Positions 57,200 through 64,000 of a stretch of 64,000 nt of DNA are shown here, in pieces (the stretch's first letter is position 1; every line of letters begins with the position of its first letter). A program made the position numbers and the translations under genes. Origin of the DNA: PVC group bacterium (GTDB lineage Bacteria > Omnitrophota > Gorgyraeia > B26-G9); NCBI GenBank assembly GCA_024231215.1, contig JAAEQR010000142.1, positions 420,593 through 484,592 of the forward strand, written 5' to 3'. The notes under the pieces were generated by a model. The model was not told the DNA's origin. It was given only the letters and a program-made list of their open reading frames with translations, and made no database searches.

Positions 57200-58045
57200 T
57201 TATTTTAATATGTATTTCACCCATTTCTCTTCAAAATCAGCTAATGTACTCATCTTTGTGGGATAAGTATGGCTTAAAGCTCTCGCTATACTTGCGCCAT
57301 CTCTAAGCTGACGACAGAAAATAACAAAATCTTCCGCGTAATATCTCTCGACCAAAAAACCAACAAGGGAAAATGCCTGCAAATAATAAGCCGCGACAAG
57401 ATCACTGCCATCTACAATCTGAACATTTTTACCACCCAGAAATCGCAGCTTAACTTTTTGCCCTTGACTTACCTGTCGGATATCCATACGCATCATATCT
57501 TCCAAGGGAATTAAACGCCCATTCTGTGCCAGCTGTTTGATCATCAGCTTTCTTTCCTGCCTCTGCTGATGTTCCTCCCATTGAGCAACCCCTTCATCCA
57601 ACCAAAGCGGTACTTCTCCTTTAAATCCGACAAAATCACGAAATATCAAATGCGCAAGTTCATGCGGCAACAACTGATCGACAAATCCTTCACTCCAGGC
57701 ATAACTAATTATCTCTTTACGATTATAGTCAGCCATACCACGCGACCAGCTTGGTCTTCCTGAATCTTCCACATAGGAATCATGGTCAGAATGAATATAA
57801 ATTTTCACCCTGTCATCCCACTTCCAGAACCCGGAATACCGGACATATCCTAAATCATCCGCAATTGAATTATAATATTTTTCTGCCTTACGGGAAACCT
57901 CACGGGCAAAATTTTTATATTCACCAGATTTATAATAAACAATGAAATGATCTCCTTTGATCTCGGCCCAATCACTTTTCGCCTGTATCAAAGAACAAAA
58001 AACGAAAAAACAGAGACAAAAAATTACCAGAAATTTTATTTTCAT
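57200..58045 (-). CDS. Secreted zinc metallopeptidase-like protein (HExxH, peptidase MA-like), embedded in the pseudopilin module
   Basis: 281 aa. Signal peptide MKIKFLVIFCLCFFVFCSLIQA. HELAHL motif with downstream EG. Confidence 0.55.
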   Translation of the reverse strand: MKIKFLVIFCLCFFVFCSLIQAKSDWAEIKGDHFIVYYKSGEYKNFAREVSRKAEKYYNSIADDLGYVRYSGFWKWDDRVKIYIHSDHDSYVEDSGRPSWSRGMADYNRKEIISYAWSEGFVDQLLPHELAHLIFRDFVGFKGEVPLWLDEGVAQWEEHQQRQERKLMIKQLAQNGRLIPLEDMMRMDIRQVSQGQKVKLRFLGGKNVQIVDGSDLVAAYYLQAFSLVGFLVERYYAEDFVIFCRQLRDGASIARALSHTYPTKMSTLADFEEKWVKYILK

Positions 58046-58052
58046 AAGTTTC

Positions 58053-58087
58053 GCTTACAGCTTAAGGCTTACCGCTTATAGCTTACT
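58053..58087. repeat. Heptanucleotide tandem array (5 x GCTTAYN) filling the gspF-peptidase intergenic gap
   Basis: gcttaca gcttaag gcttacc gcttata gcttact. On the mRNA sense strand this reads as NNNAAGC with a strict 7-nt period. Confidence 0.6.
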
Positions 58088-58088
58088 T

Positions 58089-59312
58089 TTAGTTCATCAC
58101 AACATTAATCTGAAATACAGGCAGGAGCATAGCAATAATAATTCCCCCGATTATTATTCCCATAATTAAAATCATTATCGGTTCCAAAAGATTCGTCATT
58201 ATTTTGACCGACTCATCTGTTTCTCTTTCATAAGTATTGGTCAGCTCCTCCAGCACTTCTTCTAATCGGCCCGATTCTTCCCCCACACTTACAAGATTAG
58301 CCATAAACTTAGGGAATACAGGAAAACGCTTAAGCGTTCTACCTACAGATTCTCCACGTTCTATATCTGAATACCCCTGTCGCAATGCTTCCCGAATCAT
58401 TTCATTACTCAGGGTGGGAATACTTACTCTTATCGCGTTCAGCAACTGAATCCCGCTTTTTAAAAGCAGCTCCAGCGTACGACTAAAACGTGCCAGCTCG
58501 GTTTTAAGAAAAATCTCGCCAAAAATCGGCAAACGCAATTTTAAAGCACTTAACATCAATTTCTGCTTTTTAGACCGCATTCCATATTTTATTATCAGTC
58601 CAATTGCTACACATAATAAAACAAACCCTACCCATACCCATCCTTGACGCAAAAAATGACTTATCGCAATAAGTATTTTTGTCGGCAAAGGAAGATCCTG
58701 TCCTAACCGGGTAAAAATCTTGAGCAATTTAGGCATTACAAACATTAGCATAAAAACAACAGTACCTACCCCCACAACTGCCATAAGTAGCGGATAAGTA
58801 AGTGCGGTACGAACATTAGATATGATCTGTTCCTGCCGATATCTATATTCGGAAATTCTAAATAATGCTTCATCTAAAGTACCGCTATTTTCTCCTGTAC
58901 GCACCAAAGCAATATACAGAGGAGAAAAAATTTTTAAATACCCTTCAAGTGCAGCAGATAACGTCCGACCTTTTTTGATTTCCCCATAAATTTCATTAAC
59001 TACAGCCTTTAGATAATTATTCTCCGATTGCTCTGCTAAAACACCCAAAGCTTTTAAAATCGGAACCCCTGACTTAAGCAAAATTGATAACTGCCGCGTA
59101 AATACCGTGATCCGTTTTTTACTAACTCCCAGACGAAAAAGACCGCCTTTGGACAATGGCATTGCATCTGCAGCATCTGTCTTTTCAATATGCATTGCCA
59201 GATATCCCAGCTGGCTTATTTTTTCTATTGCCTCTTCTTTTGAATCAGCTTCAATCGTTGAATCAATAATGTCATTTGGTCCTTTTTTGGCCCGATATTT
59301 AAACGTACCCAT
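58089..59312 (-). CDS. gspF: GspF/PilC-family platform protein (second copy)
   Basis: 407 aa. Two GspF repeats, 3 TM helices. Confidence 0.8.
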   Translation of the reverse strand: MGTFKYRAKKGPNDIIDSTIEADSKEEAIEKISQLGYLAMHIEKTDAADAMPLSKGGLFRLGVSKKRITVFTRQLSILLKSGVPILKALGVLAEQSENNYLKAVVNEIYGEIKKGRTLSAALEGYLKIFSPLYIALVRTGENSGTLDEALFRISEYRYRQEQIISNVRTALTYPLLMAVVGVGTVVFMLMFVMPKLLKIFTRLGQDLPLPTKILIAISHFLRQGWVWVGFVLLCVAIGLIIKYGMRSKKQKLMLSALKLRLPIFGEIFLKTELARFSRTLELLLKSGIQLLNAIRVSIPTLSNEMIREALRQGYSDIERGESVGRTLKRFPVFPKFMANLVSVGEESGRLEEVLEELTNTYERETDESVKIMTNLLEPIMILIMGIIIGGIIIAMLLPVFQINVVMN

Positions 59313-61483
59313 TAATCCCCTCGCAATACAAACCTGTTCAACCTTGACCGCTCCACATTAGGCAAATCTAAAAAACACACAGCTATCTCATAATTCTTGT
59401 TCGGTACTATTTCTTCAACTCTTATTACCCTCGCCAGACACTGCACCGAAGTTTCATCGGGAAGTTCCAAAGTTAAATCAACCATCTCCCCCACAGCTAA
59501 ACTTTCTGAGGTATCGAATAAAAGACCTCCCGCACTGATATTCTTTGTAACCGCAACCTGTTCCGGCTCATACCCAGCGTTCTTTTGGCCTGTTTTAAAA
59601 AATGTATACCGCACATATACCCGATTATCGAGGCGTTCAAAAACACGTCTGTCAGCCGGATCAATTGAATCAATTTCCTTCTTAACCGGTTTTATTTTTT
59701 CAGGTGAGATCTTTTTCACTGCCGGAGCCGCAGGAACAACCGGTTCTTCTACTTCTTCCGCTAAAGAAACCTCATCCGCCTGAGTAACACGCAATATTTC
59801 ATCAGTAGTAGTTACTCCTTCGATAACTTTCAACCAGCCGCTTTGGCGCAAAGTTCTCATCCCGCAATTCACAGCGCATCTTTTAATATCCTCACTTGAG
59901 ACTTTCTGCAAAACCAGCTTTCTTATAGATTCATTTAAAATTAGAATCTCATATATTGCAGTACGACCATAATACCCTGTAGAATTGCAGGACTGACATC
60001 CTTTACCGCGGTAAAGTTTAATTTCCTGACTATGATCATGACCTAAATCCCGTGCAATCTTCTCTTTTATATCCGTCGATTCAGTAATTTCTTCGCGGCA
60101 ATGAGGACAAATAACCCGTACCAATCGCTGAGCAATAAAACATTCCACGCTGGAAGCAACCAGATAAGGCTCAACCCCGACATCAACAAGCCTGGTAATT
60201 CCGCTGGCAGCATCGTTGGTATGTAACGTAGAAAAAACAAGGTGGCCGGTAAGTGCCACACGTATTGCTATTTCCGCAGTCTCCAGATCTCTCACCTCAC
60301 CGACCATCATAACATCCGGGTCATGGCGCAGCATACTGCGCAATCCGCAGGCAAAACTTAAACCTACAGCCGGTGTAACCTGGATCTGAGTTATTCCTTC
60401 AAGTTCATATTCAATTGGATCTTCAATTGTAATTATTTTACGCTTATTTGTATTGATGCAGGATAAACAAGCATAAAGCGTGGTGGTTTTACCACTACCG
60501 GTGGGACCAGTCAGGAAAACTATTCCATGTGGTTTGTCCAGTAACCCAGTAATCGACTGAAACTCTTCCGGAGCAAGCCCCAGCCTATCTAAGCCAAATA
60601 ACATTGTAGTCGGTAAAATCCTGATTACCACACTTTCTCCGTAAGGAGTCGGAATAAAAGAAACTCTCAGGTCCAAAGTTTCATCCTGAACCTTAACCAC
60701 AGCCCGGCCGTCTTGCGGTACACGCCGTTCTACAATATTCAAGTTAGCCATTAATTTAATCCTGGAAAGTATCGGAGTAAGAAAACTCTTCATTTCCGGA
60801 GAAAGATTAGCTTCATAAAGAATTCCGTCAATTCGATAACGCAAACGGATCTTACTGCGATATGGTTCAATATGAATGTCTGTTGCCCGTTTCTTATACG
60901 ATTCTAATATTATCTGATTCACTAATTGGATCACAGACGCAGTGCCGCTCAAGGCCTCAAGGTCTTCTACCTGTTCTTCTGCTTGAATTTTTGTTTCTGA
61001 GCTTTCGTATGTCTTTTGGGCAATTATCTTTTCTAAAGTCTCCGCCCCAAGACCATAGTATTTCTTAAGCATCTCAAAAATATCTTCTTCACAACTAATA
61101 CCTATAGCTATATTAAATCCAAGCTGAGTTCTTATCGCATCCTGCTTTTTTATATCTAGTGGATATGCAACTGCAATGGTCAAAGTCCGGTTTTCCAGTT
61201 TTACAGGAATAAACTTATAATAGGAAGCAACTTTAACCGGAACTTTTTTAATAGCATTATCATCTATCGGAATTGACTTTAAATCTAAATACAAGATATG
61301 GAGTTGGTTAGCAATATTTTCTAAAAGCTGTGCTTCAGATAAATTTGCACGTTGAGCTAAGAAAGGAACAGGTGAAGACTTTCTGTTTTCAGCTTCCGCA
61401 AAACAAGACTGGATAGTTTTTTCATCCAGCAGATTACGGTCAAGCAATAATTGCGTGACAATAGTATTGGTTTTTTTATCCAT
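59312..61483 (-). CDS. gspE: GspE-family secretion ATPase with N-terminal MshEN-like domain and C-terminal PilZ domain
   Basis: 723 aa. Walker A GPTGSGKTTT. Zn-finger CPHCREEI...CQSCNSTGYYGR. A ~150-aa C-terminal extension carries PilZ motifs RRVFER (RxxxR) and NISAGG (D/N-x-S-x-G-G) about 30 aa apart. Confidence 0.8.
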   Translation of the reverse strand: MDKKTNTIVTQLLLDRNLLDEKTIQSCFAEAENRKSSPVPFLAQRANLSEAQLLENIANQLHILYLDLKSIPIDDNAIKKVPVKVASYYKFIPVKLENRTLTIAVAYPLDIKKQDAIRTQLGFNIAIGISCEEDIFEMLKKYYGLGAETLEKIIAQKTYESSETKIQAEEQVEDLEALSGTASVIQLVNQIILESYKKRATDIHIEPYRSKIRLRYRIDGILYEANLSPEMKSFLTPILSRIKLMANLNIVERRVPQDGRAVVKVQDETLDLRVSFIPTPYGESVVIRILPTTMLFGLDRLGLAPEEFQSITGLLDKPHGIVFLTGPTGSGKTTTLYACLSCINTNKRKIITIEDPIEYELEGITQIQVTPAVGLSFACGLRSMLRHDPDVMMVGEVRDLETAEIAIRVALTGHLVFSTLHTNDAASGITRLVDVGVEPYLVASSVECFIAQRLVRVICPHCREEITESTDIKEKIARDLGHDHSQEIKLYRGKGCQSCNSTGYYGRTAIYEILILNESIRKLVLQKVSSEDIKRCAVNCGMRTLRQSGWLKVIEGVTTTDEILRVTQADEVSLAEEVEEPVVPAAPAVKKISPEKIKPVKKEIDSIDPADRRVFERLDNRVYVRYTFFKTGQKNAGYEPEQVAVTKNISAGGLLFDTSESLAVGEMVDLTLELPDETSVQCLARVIRVEEIVPNKNYEIAVCFLDLPNVERSRLNRFVLRGD

Positions 61484-61550
61484 AATTATTCCGTTAATTA
61501 TAGTACTTTAACTGATATTTTCTTTATTATCACATCAATAACAATGTTTG

Positions 61551-62969
61551 TCAATCCAAGGCCCCGATCATGTAAAATTCTTTTTCTCCCCGCTTATCGA
61601 ATTCACCCGCCATGATCCGCTTACAGTCCCTTACTGTTTCTTCTACAGTTACATATACACCTTTTCGACCGGTATAAACTTCAGCTACAAAAAACGGCTG
61701 AGTTAGAAAATTTTGGAGTTTCAACGCCCGTTCATAATTAGTACGGTCAGCCGCCGAAAGCTCATCAATACCAACAACTAATACTATTTTTCTTAATTCT
61801 TCGTATCGCTGAAAAATACGCAGTACATCTTGCGCAATATCATAATGATAGTTCCCTACAATATCCGGATCAAGATTATTACAGGCAGATAACAACGGAT
61901 CTATCGCCGGATAAAGCCCCATCTGCACCCGTTCACGCGAAAGAACAATAAGCGAATCCAAAAAACTAAAAATAGCTACTACCGCAGGGTCAGTCAAGTC
62001 ATCAGCCGGAACGTATACTGCTTCGATAGAGGTTATTGATCCGCCCAATGCCTTTTCGGATCTGATCCTTTCATGAAAATCCGCAGCCTCAGATATTAAA
62101 GTTGGCTGATATCCGGTTTCTGAAGGCACTCTGCCTAACAAAGTAGAAATCTCCTGCCCCGCCTGTAAAAAACGAAATACATTATCAATAAATAGAAGTA
62201 CATCTTTATTTTGTCTTTGAATACTTTCAGCCAGGGTTATCCCGGTCATAGCCACCCCGTAACGCGCTCCCGGCGGTTCATTCATTTGACCAAACACCAT
62301 TTTTATTTTAGGCAATAGTCCTTGGTTCTCTAATTCAAGATAAAGTTCATTACCCTCACGAATACGCTCTCCGGCACCGGTAAACACACACGCCCCCTGA
62401 TGTCTTTTAACAATATGCTGGATGATTTCCAGGGTAAGAACACTCTTACCCATAGCCGCACCTCCGAGGATCCCGTTTTTACTTCCTTTTACCAACGGAA
62501 ATAAAAGATCAATAATTTTAATCCCTGTTTCTAACAGTTCTACTCCTACCTTTGCTCCTTCTTCTTTGCTGACTTTAGTTCCTTTGGCCGCACGACGGAT
62601 CGGCCGCATTTCCACAGAATTAATCGGTCCTTTCTGATCTATCGGCTCACCCACAACATTCATCAGACGCGTATACACTTCATCTCCCACCGGAATTTCT
62701 ATTCCACCACCAGGCACAAATGCCGGAGAATTCCTCTGCATATTCAAAGTTGAATTAATAGATATACAACGCGCGATATTTCCGGGAAGATGTTCGGCAA
62801 CTTCCAAAGTAACTTTTTTGTCATCAACTGTATAGCTGGTAATAACGTCAAAGACATTGGGTACGTCTTGCTGATGCGTAAATTTCACATCAACTACCGG
62901 CCCCTGAACAGCTACCACCCATCCGACAACCTTTTTCTTTTCCTGTTTACTCGCTTGTTTAGTTTTCAT
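61551..62969 (-). CDS. atpD: F1 ATP synthase beta subunit (divergent: P-loop GGAAMGKS, DELSAAD in place of DELSEED)
   Basis: 472 aa. LLFIDNVFRFLQAGQEISTLLGRVPSETGYQPTL and AGERIREGNE are beta-specific. Confidence 0.85.
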   Translation of the reverse strand: MKTKQASKQEKKKVVGWVVAVQGPVVDVKFTHQQDVPNVFDVITSYTVDDKKVTLEVAEHLPGNIARCISINSTLNMQRNSPAFVPGGGIEIPVGDEVYTRLMNVVGEPIDQKGPINSVEMRPIRRAAKGTKVSKEEGAKVGVELLETGIKIIDLLFPLVKGSKNGILGGAAMGKSVLTLEIIQHIVKRHQGACVFTGAGERIREGNELYLELENQGLLPKIKMVFGQMNEPPGARYGVAMTGITLAESIQRQNKDVLLFIDNVFRFLQAGQEISTLLGRVPSETGYQPTLISEAADFHERIRSEKALGGSITSIEAVYVPADDLTDPAVVAIFSFLDSLIVLSRERVQMGLYPAIDPLLSACNNLDPDIVGNYHYDIAQDVLRIFQRYEELRKIVLVVGIDELSAADRTNYERALKLQNFLTQPFFVAEVYTGRKGVYVTVEETVRDCKRIMAGEFDKRGEKEFYMIGALD

Positions 62970-63897
62970 GTGTCATCCTAGACGCGAAAAGCTCGCGCAT
63001 ATTTTGATCAACTATTTCATGTTTAGCGCGAAAGTATTTCAATTTAAGTTTTTTATCTAATTCTTTTATCCTCTGCGTGCAAAATTCAAGATGCATAAAA
63101 CGTGCCGCTTGTTCTGCCAAATTACTTAACCCAAAAATCTCAAATATCTTTTGCCCCAGCCAAAGATAAAGAAGGTATTCAACAAGATTATCAAATTTTG
63201 ATTCTAAAATAATCTCATTCAGCTCTAAGTTTGCCGGGCTCTTTTTTATATCCGGCACAAAAGGTAATACCTGTACCACTTCTACCCGCTGCATCGTAAA
63301 AGAAAGGGGTCTTGAAAAAACCAGTTTTACCGGTCCTAGTTTTCCTTGCAAAACATTATCTACGATATAGTCCCTTAACTGTAAAGCCTGTTCCAACCTT
63401 TTTTCCTGACTAATCCCCGGGAAAACCGCAAATACCATCTTATGTTTTTCCACGTATAACCTACCACGCTTGCCAATAATAATCAGTTTGCTATCCTGTT
63501 GCTGTACCTGGGTTAAGGCTTCATTCATAATCATAGCATTATATCCGCCCAAAAGACCAGCGTCTGAAGTTATCGCAATAATAGCTGTTGTTTTTTTAGA
63601 TTCGCTTACAAAAGGATGCTGTACTTTCTGCATATCCAGCCAGTAAAAAAAACTTTCTATCGCCTCAAGATAAGTCGCAAATGTCTTATTTTTCTTTTCC
63701 AAGCTATGGTATTGCGTGATCGCAATCATCTTTAATAACCCAATTAAAGATCCCAGCGATTTATAAAAATCCATATCTTCTTTTAACTTGGAAATTGAAC
63801 TCATAATATTTCGTATCTCGTGTTTAGCATCTCGTATCTCGTGTTTAGCATCTCGTATCTCGTGTTTAGTATCTCGTATGTGCGAGATACGATTCAC
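62959..63897 (-). CDS. atpG: F1 ATP synthase gamma subunit (probable true start at 63804)
   Basis: ITSDAGLLGGYN gamma signature. The first 31 codons of the track ORF read through 21-nt tandem repeats (HEIRDAK x3), and M32 (MSSISKLK) is the more likely start. 11-nt overlap with atpD. Confidence 0.75.
   Translation of the reverse strand: MNRISHIRDTKHEIRDAKHEIRDAKHEIRNIMSSISKLKEDMDFYKSLGSLIGLLKMIAITQYHSLEKKNKTFATYLEAIESFFYWLDMQKVQHPFVSESKKTTAIIAITSDAGLLGGYNAMIMNEALTQVQQQDSKLIIIGKRGRLYVEKHKMVFAVFPGISQEKRLEQALQLRDYIVDNVLQGKLGPVKLVFSRPLSFTMQRVEVVQVLPFVPDIKKSPANLELNEIILESKFDNLVEYLLYLWLGQKIFEIFGLSNLAEQAARFMHLEFCTQRIKELDKKLKLKYFRAKHEIVDQNMRELFASRMTHEN
63807..63892. repeat. 3.5 tandem copies of a 21-nt unit (3 heptads: catctcg tatctcg tgtttag) followed by an inverted copy (CGAGATACGA), immediately upstream of the likely atpG start
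   Basis: Copies at 63807-63827, 63828-63848 and 63849-63869, with a partial copy at 63870-63880. The 7-bp hairpin TATCTCG/CGAGATA sits at 63870-63889. Shares the ACGAGATACGAAA-ATG junction with the purL leader array. Confidence 0.7.
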
Positions 63898-63916
63898 TAG
63901 ATACTAGATACGGCTT

Positions 63917-64000
63917 TTACTCTGGGAAATAAATTCTGAGCGCCTCCTCCAGATTCATTATACTTTCATCCATAAGCACCTTGGTCTCCTTTATATTATC
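63917..64000 (-). CDS. 3' end of an unidentified upstream gene (possibly atpA), partial
   Basis: Open minus-strand frame from the window edge to TAA at 63917-63919 (...DNIKETKVLMDESIMNLEEALRIYFPE). Too short to assign. Confidence 0.25.
   Translation of the reverse strand, partial: DNIKETKVLMDESIMNLEEALRIYFPE

Noticed and set aside
580-62981. About 70 plus-strand ORFs of 60-212 aa in the six-frame track
   Set aside because: All lie antisense inside long, well-conserved minus-strand genes (for example the 212-aa ORF inside rho). They are low-complexity or hydrophobic translations with no motifs. Such antisense open frames are expected in AT-rich sequence and are not supported as genes.
63807-63892. 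Possible CRISPR array (regular short repeats)
   Set aside because: The 21-nt units are directly adjacent with no unique spacers. The repeat length is too short and no cas genes are nearby. This is a simple tandem repeat.
62959-63897. HEIRDAK x3 N-terminus of the gamma subunit, as drawn by the ORF track
   Set aside because: It is a translation of the 21-nt tandem repeat (length divisible by 3). Conserved gamma sequence begins at M32. I kept it only as a hypothesis in the findings.
1-64000. Mobile elements or prophage
   Set aside because: No transposase, integrase, recombinase, phage structural gene or terminal inverted repeats were recognised anywhere in the window.

Overview
This is a 64 kb AT-rich bacterial chromosomal segment. 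Every confident protein gene (about 62) lies on the minus strand; only a tRNA-Glu(CUC) is on the plus strand.

Reading along the minus strand (high to low coordinate), the gene content is:
- Partial F1 ATPase: atpG then atpD, with no epsilon gene downstream.
- A type II secretion (T2SS)-like module: a GspE-type ATPase carrying an MshEN-like N-domain and a C-terminal PilZ domain, then gspF, a secreted HExxH peptidase, gspG, three minor pseudopilins, a GspL-like PilM/N fusion and a GspM-like gene.
- pgk, a pseudopilin, then tpiA.
- A type IV pilus (T4P) block: a second PilB-like ATPase, pilT, pilB, pilC, a pilM-pilN fusion, pilO, a PilP-like lipoprotein and the secretin pilQ.
- polA, glgA, coaE, rho, rpmE, prfA, prmC, murA.
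- rpsP, a small secreted protein, trmD, rplS, rnhB (no rimM).
- 5-formyl-THF cyclo-ligase, rny and ymdB.
- A V-type ATPase operon in a Bacteroidetes-like arrangement (E, DUF2764-like, A, B, D, I, K), followed by two small unknown genes.
- A bidirectional terminator and the tRNA-Glu.
- An orphan histidine kinase.
- A purine operon (purB, purS-purL fusion, a degenerate-GGDEF membrane protein, purQ, purM, purD, purE).
- A tsaC–LMW-PTP fusion, rpiB and glyA.

No transposase, integrase, phage gene or CRISPR array was seen.

The main unexplained signal is a family of short tandem heptanucleotide (7-nt period) mini-arrays at about nine operon-internal gene junctions. They are reminiscent of cyanobacterial STRR elements. 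Several are bipartite: one block sits just after the upstream stop codon and another just before the downstream ribosome-binding site (RBS), with partial complementarity between the two blocks.

A second theme is c-di-GMP sensing: MshEN-like N-domains on all three GspE/PilB-type ATPases, a PilZ domain fused to one of them, and a GGDEF protein that keeps its I-site but has a degenerate active site.

All protein assignments come from reading the six-frame translations and recalled family motifs; no searches were run.
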